Below are positions 22,143 through 28,158 of a stretch of 28,158 bases of DNA, in pieces. The notes under the pieces were generated by a model. That model was not told the DNA's origin and made no database searches. It saw nothing but the letters and a program-made list of their open reading frames with translations. The DNA comes from Thermoplasmata archaeon (GTDB taxonomy: Archaea; Thermoplasmatota; Thermoplasmata; GCA-020350865), in contig CP070751.1 of the NCBI GenBank assembly GCA_020348445.1, positions 3,623,160-3,651,317 on the forward strand. Direction: 5' to 3'. The translations under genes were made by a program, and so were the position numbers. Position 1 is the stretch's first letter. Each line of letters starts with the position of its first letter.

Positions 22143-25100
22143 TTAAATTACGTTTAAAACGTTATAGGCCTGATTGTTTGTCTCGTCGTATTCATCAATG
22201 GCATTGTCTTCATCAATCACAACCCATATATCGTGGTAGCCTTCTTTTCCCAATGTAATATATTCGATGGTTACTGTAGCCGAGCCTCCTGCTTCAATCA
22301 TTGTTATCTCTTCTGAACCAATTATATATGGTGGAAGAATGTCATTGTCATAGAAATTTACAATCACATCGTGTGCGTCCTGTCTTCCGATATTGTTTAT
22401 CACAGCCGTTATCGTTACTAACGTTCCTTCCTCCACAGGATTTTCGGAGAAGATTATATCTGTAAAATCGATGGTAAGATCAGGTCCTACACTCATGATA
22501 TCAGATATAAGGTTGTTAGATTCTATAGCCTCCTCAATCAATCCATTTGGTTGCGATTGTACTGGAGGATCAATCCAAACACAGAGGTCATAGTTGCCCA
22601 CGTCGGCGGGGATCCACTCAACCCAAACAGTTACCGTCTCCCCTGGCCCAAGGACAGGTATAACCACCTCTTCGAATCCATCCACATTTGCATCTTCGAG
22701 ACCATCTCCATTTTTATCAGGGTTTTCATCATAGAATCGAACCAGAACACCGGTTACTCCAGTACCACCATTGTTCTTAACATCCACATATATAGTAATT
22801 GTCTCCCCAACAGCAACTGGACTTTCTGGAGTAAATACCAAGTTGAGGGGAATCAAATCCGGCCCCACTACCATGAAATCGAAGTCCTGGTTGTTGGTAT
22901 CGTCGTATTCTAGTATGTTATTTTCAGGATCAGCCCATACATAAATGTCGTGGTATCCAAAGGTTGAGATCCACATCACAAACGCTCCTACAGTCTCCCC
23001 TGATGCGATGGTGGGAAACTCAATATCCCCTCCTATTTTTTGAACGCCGATATCTGGAACCCCATCACCATTCTCGTCAGGATTGCCGTCATAAAAGCTA
23101 ACAATTACATTGGATGCATCTGTGCTCCCGTAGTTCGTGATCTGGGCGGTGATCATCACAGGCTCACCTACATCCACAGGGCTTAGCGGTGAAAATGTAA
23201 TATCACTAGATATTAGCTCCACGCCAGGGGCAAGGGAAATGACTGTGGCTGTATCCGAATGGGTGCTTCCGTCATCATCTGTGACTGTCAATATGACAGT
23301 GTACGTTCCGATTTCACCGAAGGTGTGTGAAACATCCACTCCTATTGCTGAGTTGCCATCCCCAAAGTCCCATTCGTACAACACGAAGGCATCAGGATAG
23401 CTTGTTGATCCAGAGCCTGAGAAGTCCACTACATCTATTATGGTAACCGACTTATCAGGACCTGCATCTGCAGTTGGGCCTAGATCGTTTATTACCATGA
23501 TTATCCAGGTTATGTCCCAATCTCCATCGTCATCAGTCACTGAGAACGTTACAGCGTAAATGCCATTATCAAGGTATTCATAATCAGGGCTTTGCAATGT
23601 GCTTGTTCCTCCATCACCAAAGTCCCAAAAATATGTGAAAGTGTCTGAGCCTGGATCGGTTTGGCCTCCTGTGAAAGTGAGGATTACACCTTCATCCACT
23701 GGATTTTGGTCCACTGAGGCTATCGCGGTGGGAGCCACGTTGTTCACGGTAATGACAATTGTGTCTGTTCCAACCCCCCCATCATCATCTGTAATGGTTA
23801 GGGTCACTGTGTACACACCATTGTCTGCATATGTATGGATTGGATTCTGCTCCGTGCTTGTATCTCCATCATCGAATTCCCAGAGATATGTGAACGTATC
23901 AGCACCCAGGTCAAATTGCGTTGCATAGAAGTTCAAGGAGGTACCCTCATCCACTATATTCTGGGATACACTGGCATCTGCTAAGGGTGCTACATTTAGG
24001 ACCGTGATCACGACATCTTCTATATTTGAACCTCCATCGGAATCTGTGACCATCACACTTACTGTGTGAAGTCCATTATCGTTGTAGATCAGGATTATTT
24101 GAGTTCCCGTAGCGTCATCATAGAATCCATCATTATCCAGATCCCAATAGAAATTGAGAATATCCATAGGAGAGGGATCGGAAGCTAGAGCATTCAGTAA
24201 CACAGAATCGCCCTCGTTAATTGTTACATCATCTCCTAGATATACTGTGGGATCTACATTCAATACAGTTACCGTTGTAGTGACAGTTTTATAGGCCCCA
24301 TCCTCATCAGTTACACTTAAAGTCACTGTGAAGATGCCGTCATCCTCATACATATATATCGGTTTTGGCTCTGTGCTGCCCCCCCCATCCCCGAAATCCC
24401 AATCATAAGTCAATGAATCGTTCCCGGGATCCACAACATATGGACAGAAGAAAACAGTTTCACCTTCATTGATTGCGATATCCTCCCCGAGATTAACTTG
24501 GGGGGCCACGTTGTTAACTGTCACAGTCATTGTATCGTATCCAACACCTCCATCATCATCCGTTACAGTCAATGTAACTGTATACACACCATCCTCAGAG
24601 AATATGTGGGAGGGGGATTCTGTGGCCGGAAGAATTTCCACATCATAGGGATAGCGTAATCCATCCATCTCCCACATCACGGTTCCATTTCTAGCAACCT
24701 CGAAAATCCGATTCCCCAGGTATTCCACGACCAATGTATGGCCATTTGGAAGACGCTCTGCATCGCTAGGGAAAGCACCCGGATAGCTCCACAGCTCATT
24801 GAAATCCGAATCGACTTCGTACACCTTGTTGAAACCCGGACTTCCAGAGCATACCAAAGTGATATCGTTATCCGGTCTTTCCATATCCTGAAATGATAAG
24901 GCACCTTGATAGGTTGATTCCCACACGACCTCATATTCTTCAGTGACCTCAATAAGCCTGTCATTGTACATATCCACAATTAATGTATTTCCATTTCCCA
25001 ATCTTTCCACATCGGAAGGATAGTATAGATAAGTGATATCGGTATTCCAGAGATTATCCTCGGCCCACCAGACAATTTTATCCTCATGATCAAGTTCGAT

Positions 25101-27539
25101 TACCCTATTGTTGTGTTGGTCAGCGATTAGAGTGTTACCATCGTCAAGCCTTTCGGCATCGATGGGGAAGTACAGATCCCCATATTCCCAGACAACTGTA
25201 CCATCGTATTGCATCTCCATTACACTACCAAACAATTCGGTAATCAGCAGGTTTCCATTGTCAAGTTTCTCCACATCTGTTGGGGTGCTAAGGCCAGTTA
25301 TTATTTCTTCTACATTGTATTCTCTATCCACTTCCACAATTCTATTATTACCCATATCCGCAATTAGCAGTTTAATTTCAGTTTTTGTGCCGTCACCAAA
25401 ATCCCATTGATAGGTGTGTGTATCTAATGTTCCTGGGTCGGTAACCCCTGCACTGAAGTGCACAGTATCACCTTCGTTGATCGTTATATCGGAACACAGA
25501 TATACGGTGGGGACAACATTGGATATCGTAACCGTTGCCGTGTCGATATCATAGTAAGGTTCATCGATATTATCGTGCACTTCCACCAATACCGTCCCCG
25601 CGTGGTCATCGTACCATGTGTGTGAAGCCGTGGGCCGGTTAGAATATGGAGTATCCCATACACCATCATTTTCAAAATCCCAGCGGTAACCCAACTGGTC
25701 GTTCCCCGGATCGAATGACAAGGATGCGTCGAACATGACCGGCATCCCTTCTTCAGCCTCGTATGGACCCCCTGCATCCGCGGTAGGTTTTGAATCGATC
25801 TCAAAAACATGCCAGCCTTCATTACCCACATTTCCGGCATTGTCCTGGGCTTTTACATAAAAGGTATGGGTCCCATCCGAAACGGAAAAAAGAACCGATA
25901 TCCAGGAATTCGGCGTCCAGTCCCATGCACCTCCATCCACCTTCCAGTAATAACCTGCGATGCCACTTGATCCCAACCAGTGACCGTCATAGGGAGGATT
26001 CCAGAAGAAAGTAGGGGTCTTATCCGCCGAAGGACCGGTAATATCGTCATCGGGCCATGTGACAGCAGGGGAGATGGTGTCCTTTAAAACATAGTACGCA
26101 TCCGTGACCATTTCAGTATTTCCTGCGAAATCGGAGGTTCTGACGGATATATAGTTTATTCCTGGTTCGCATGAATTATAATCTATTCCCCAGTCTGTTG
26201 TATAAATGAATGTACCTGTACCCGAGTTCCTGAAAATGTCCGTCCAGTCCCTTCTAACCGATCCTCCCTGGAATGGAGCGCTTGTTATTTTATACTGTGC
26301 GTAATGTAGGCCTGAACCGGTGGTGGTATCACTGAAATCTATGTTATATGTGGTACCTCCCGTATTTCTCCAGTTGTCATCACCTAACTGGTAATCGAAT
26401 ATCTCCGGTGCGATGGTGTCCACACCGAATGTATCCGAGCCGTAATTTCCAACGTTGCTCGCATGGTCCTTGGCTCTGACATTGAATGTATAGATTCCAT
26501 CTGGTATGGGAGGTAAAGTAACCCACAAAGCTGGGCTTGGTGGTTCTGCCCGGAAAGGGTACACATCATCGAGGACCCAGTAACCTAACTGCCAAAAGGG
26601 ATTGCTTGCATACACCTCGAATTTCACCTGTGTACCCTCCCCGATATCATGATCAATATTAATTGAATAGGAGGTAGGACCTACACCACCCGGTCCGATA
26701 GGGTTTGGCCAGGGGGTCACATCCGACCACAAATCATCTGGATTGGCCCTGGTTCTCACCCAGCAGTAACAACCGCCGGCTGGAGACCAGAATTCACTTT
26801 TAAAGGTCATGGTCAGTGAAGACATACCTGAGGTATCAATGGGGGGTGAGCGCAGATAAGCCTGATTGTGGTCAAGAAAGGGCCAAGCTATATGTGCCTC
26901 GGGAGGCTCTCCTCCAGAGGAGGAGCCTTCTGATTTCCTCCAATCATCCGTGCTCCATCCTGGGGGTGGGAAAGGACCCTCAATCCCAGTGAAGAAGTCC
27001 TCGGTTTCGTAAGTGATTTGACCGTCAAGGTTCCAGTTATATCCCTCTATCCCACTTCCAGTTTCGGAAACAGGACTCCATGTGAATGTAGGCGTGTTAT
27101 CATTGGTCCACCTGGATACGCCATCATCCGGGACAGGTGTCCCAGGCGGTATACTATCATGTCGAAAATATGCGATATCGGATGTACCGTAATGCCAGTA
27201 ATAATCCCCAACTTTATTATATACCATGATGTACCATTGAAAATGTGGCCCCTCCGGAAAATTTTCCCAGTAGTACGTTGTAGACCTGTCCGGTCCGTAG
27301 TATACCGTTTTCTCCTTGACGCCGTTGATATAGAACTCAACTTTGTCCTGTTTCTCGAGATTTATTATTGCCCAGTAAAATTTTACAGTATTTGTGGTGA
27401 CCCATATATCGTCCTTAGGGCTTATGATCTCGACCCTCAATCCCTCGGCCTTGACATTAGAACTTATTACCGCCGAAAACGCCAGAGCCACCATCATCAC
27501 GCTCACAAACATGCTCAAAATTCTTCTTAATTTCTCCAT
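22143..27539 (-). CDS. Large secreted protein (1798 aa): signal peptide, Ig/FN3-like units, nested jelly-roll, 7 PKD domains (one with a nested 6-bladed propeller), 3 CARDB domains
   Basis: GGAGG SD and signal peptide ...ALAFSAVISSNVKA. Repeated WDFGDG / Y...G.YTV.LTVTDDDG PKD motifs, six LIAD..NNR..E / P.D.ERL.NG blades, and C-terminal CARDB repeats with no TM anchor. Confidence 0.9.
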   Translation of the reverse strand: MEKLRRILSMFVSVMMVALAFSAVISSNVKAEGLRVEIISPKDDIWVTTNTVKFYWAIINLEKQDKVEFYINGVKEKTVYYGPDRSTTYYWENFPEGPHFQWYIMVYNKVGDYYWHYGTSDIAYFRHDSIPPGTPVPDDGVSRWTNDNTPTFTWSPVSETGSGIEGYNWNLDGQITYETEDFFTGIEGPFPPPGWSTDDWRKSEGSSSGGEPPEAHIAWPFLDHNQAYLRSPPIDTSGMSSLTMTFKSEFWSPAGGCYCWVRTRANPDDLWSDVTPWPNPIGPGGVGPTSYSINIDHDIGEGTQVKFEVYASNPFWQLGYWVLDDVYPFRAEPPSPALWVTLPPIPDGIYTFNVRAKDHASNVGNYGSDTFGVDTIAPEIFDYQLGDDNWRNTGGTTYNIDFSDTTTGSGLHYAQYKITSAPFQGGSVRRDWTDIFRNSGTGTFIYTTDWGIDYNSCEPGINYISVRTSDFAGNTEMVTDAYYVLKDTISPAVTWPDDDITGPSADKTPTFFWNPPYDGHWLGSSGIAGYYWKVDGGAWDWTPNSWISVLFSVSDGTHTFYVKAQDNAGNVGNEGWHVFEIDSKPTADAGGPYEAEEGMPVMFDASLSFDPGNDQLGYRWDFENDGVWDTPYSNRPTASHTWYDDHAGTVLVEVHDNIDEPYYDIDTATVTISNVVPTVYLCSDITINEGDTVHFSAGVTDPGTLDTHTYQWDFGDGTKTEIKLLIADMGNNRIVEVDREYNVEEIITGLSTPTDVEKLDNGNLLITELFGSVMEMQYDGTVVWEYGDLYFPIDAERLDDGNTLIADQHNNRVIELDHEDKIVWWAEDNLWNTDITYLYYPSDVERLGNGNTLIVDMYNDRLIEVTEEYEVVWESTYQGALSFQDMERPDNDITLVCSGSPGFNKVYEVDSDFNELWSYPGAFPSDAERLPNGHTLVVEYLGNRIFEVARNGTVMWEMDGLRYPYDVEILPATESPSHIFSEDGVYTVTLTVTDDDGGVGYDTMTVTVNNVAPQVNLGEDIAINEGETVFFCPYVVDPGNDSLTYDWDFGDGGGSTEPKPIYMYEDDGIFTVTLSVTDEDGAYKTVTTTVTVLNVDPTVYLGDDVTINEGDSVLLNALASDPSPMDILNFYWDLDNDGFYDDATGTQIILIYNDNGLHTVSVMVTDSDGGSNIEDVVITVLNVAPLADASVSQNIVDEGTSLNFYATQFDLGADTFTYLWEFDDGDTSTEQNPIHTYADNGVYTVTLTITDDDGGVGTDTIVITVNNVAPTAIASVDQNPVDEGVILTFTGGQTDPGSDTFTYFWDFGDGGTSTLQSPDYEYLDNGIYAVTFSVTDDDGDWDITWIIMVINDLGPTADAGPDKSVTIIDVVDFSGSGSTSYPDAFVLYEWDFGDGNSAIGVDVSHTFGEIGTYTVILTVTDDDGSTHSDTATVISLAPGVELISSDITFSPLSPVDVGEPVMITAQITNYGSTDASNVIVSFYDGNPDENGDGVPDIGVQKIGGDIEFPTIASGETVGAFVMWISTFGYHDIYVWADPENNILEYDDTNNQDFDFMVVGPDLIPLNLVFTPESPVAVGETITIYVDVKNNGGTGVTGVLVRFYDENPDKNGDGLEDANVDGFEEVVIPVLGPGETVTVWVEWIPADVGNYDLCVWIDPPVQSQPNGLIEEAIESNNLISDIMSVGPDLTIDFTDIIFSENPVEEGTLVTITAVINNIGRQDAHDVIVNFYDNDILPPYIIGSEEITMIEAGGSATVTIEYITLGKEGYHDIWVVIDEDNAIDEYDETNNQAYNVLNVI

Positions 27540-27937
27540 ATTTTCATCCTCCTAAGTTTTTACCTTTAAGTAAGGCCCAAAAGAAATCTTGAAAAAAGAG
27601 GGAAAAGATAGCTTGCACTAGTTTATCATAAATATTTTTTTGCTAACCTTACCTCCCCCAGTCTCGCCCATTTCCTTTGACGCCTCCCTCCATGCATCTA
27701 GATAGGCACTAAATGAGAACAACGGATTTAAGACCTGCACAATATCTCAAATATGCCATTATAAGATGCGCTGGCCTCATAGCTTTAATCAGTTAAATAA
27801 TTTGCGGATTATGGATAAAAATCTGGCTTTTATGTCGATTTACTTCTTTTTAACCATAGATAATTTTCTTCGAATTAAGGTGATAACTTAGACGGTAGAA
27901 AATTATGTGAGGGAAAATATAAAAACCGTATCTTCCC

Positions 27938-28156
27938 CTATTTCCCTTTCTTTGGAAGACCCTCGGAGATCTTCTTCAAAAGCTCGCTCTTCTGCATCTT
28001 CTTTTCCACTAAAACCCGGCCTCTCTTCTTGTACCAATATCTCGGATAGGACTTGTCCTTCTCAACTACAGGATTCAGACCCAGAGATTTTGCAGCCTTC
28101 TCGATGTCCTCAACAGTGGGAGTGGGGCATGCCAAGGCTTTTGGAACTCTCCTTCC
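27938..28156 (-). CDS. srp19: Signal recognition particle 19 kDa protein, 5'-truncated by the window
   Basis: The frame is open to the window end and reads GRRVPKALACPTPTVEDIEKAAKSLGL...K.YPR.W...GRVLV.K...KS.LL..IS..L. Confidence 0.92.
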   Translation of the reverse strand, partial: GRRVPKALACPTPTVEDIEKAAKSLGLNPVVEKDKSYPRYWYKKRGRVLVEKKMQKSELLKKISEGLPKKGK

Positions 28157-28158
28157 CT

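Noticed and set aside
24621-27020. Inteins or introns as the explanation for the two in-frame inserts in the 1798-aa gene
   Set aside because: No Cys/Ser...His-Asn splice junctions, LAGLIDADG motifs or evident bulge-helix-bulge structure; the inserts look like folded extracellular domains.
27018-27530. 170-aa plus-strand ORF and other short ORFs inside the 1798-aa gene
   Set aside because: Antisense or off-frame shadows of a clearly coding multi-domain gene.

Overview
Archaeal genomic DNA. The archaeal assignment rests on aIF2-gamma, S6e, EF-1beta, SRP19, CTP-dependent riboflavin kinase, TATA/BRE promoters and GGAGG/GGTGA ribosome-binding sites. Gene style suggests Thermoplasmatota (inference). 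I saw no rRNA, tRNA, CRISPR array or IS element. Left to right: the 3' end of a membrane-anchored surface protein, mobA, and a thiolase-fold/DUF35 pair whose nucleophilic Cys is replaced by Ser. Next is a ~12 kb co-directional minus-strand block (in transcription order): a KaiC/RAD55-like ATPase with a variant P-loop, a coiled-coil/zinc-ribbon protein, a ribbon-helix-helix protein, a stand-alone V4R protein, a 2788-aa CARDB/beta-helix surface protein with a cytoplasmic zinc-ribbon tail, and a GDT1 Ca/Mn transporter. A divergent TPR gene follows. Then come an arginine-synthetase (ArcE)-like P-loop enzyme, a housekeeping cluster (Zn-finger, EF-1beta, RbkR/RibK, PIN, aIF2g, S6e), two small genes (56-aa hypothetical and DUF211), a 1798-aa secreted PKD/CARDB protein with two whole domains nested inside other domains, and the 3' part of srp19. 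The best candidate for an undescribed system is the KaiC-RHH-V4R-giant surface protein block. Two of its proteins share the same C-terminal cassette (CxxC-x10-CxxC ribbons, poly-Glu, PKKVV tail), and its intergenic regions share a 12-bp motif and a 10-bp-phased repeat array. All family assignments come from motif recognition only; no database search was run.
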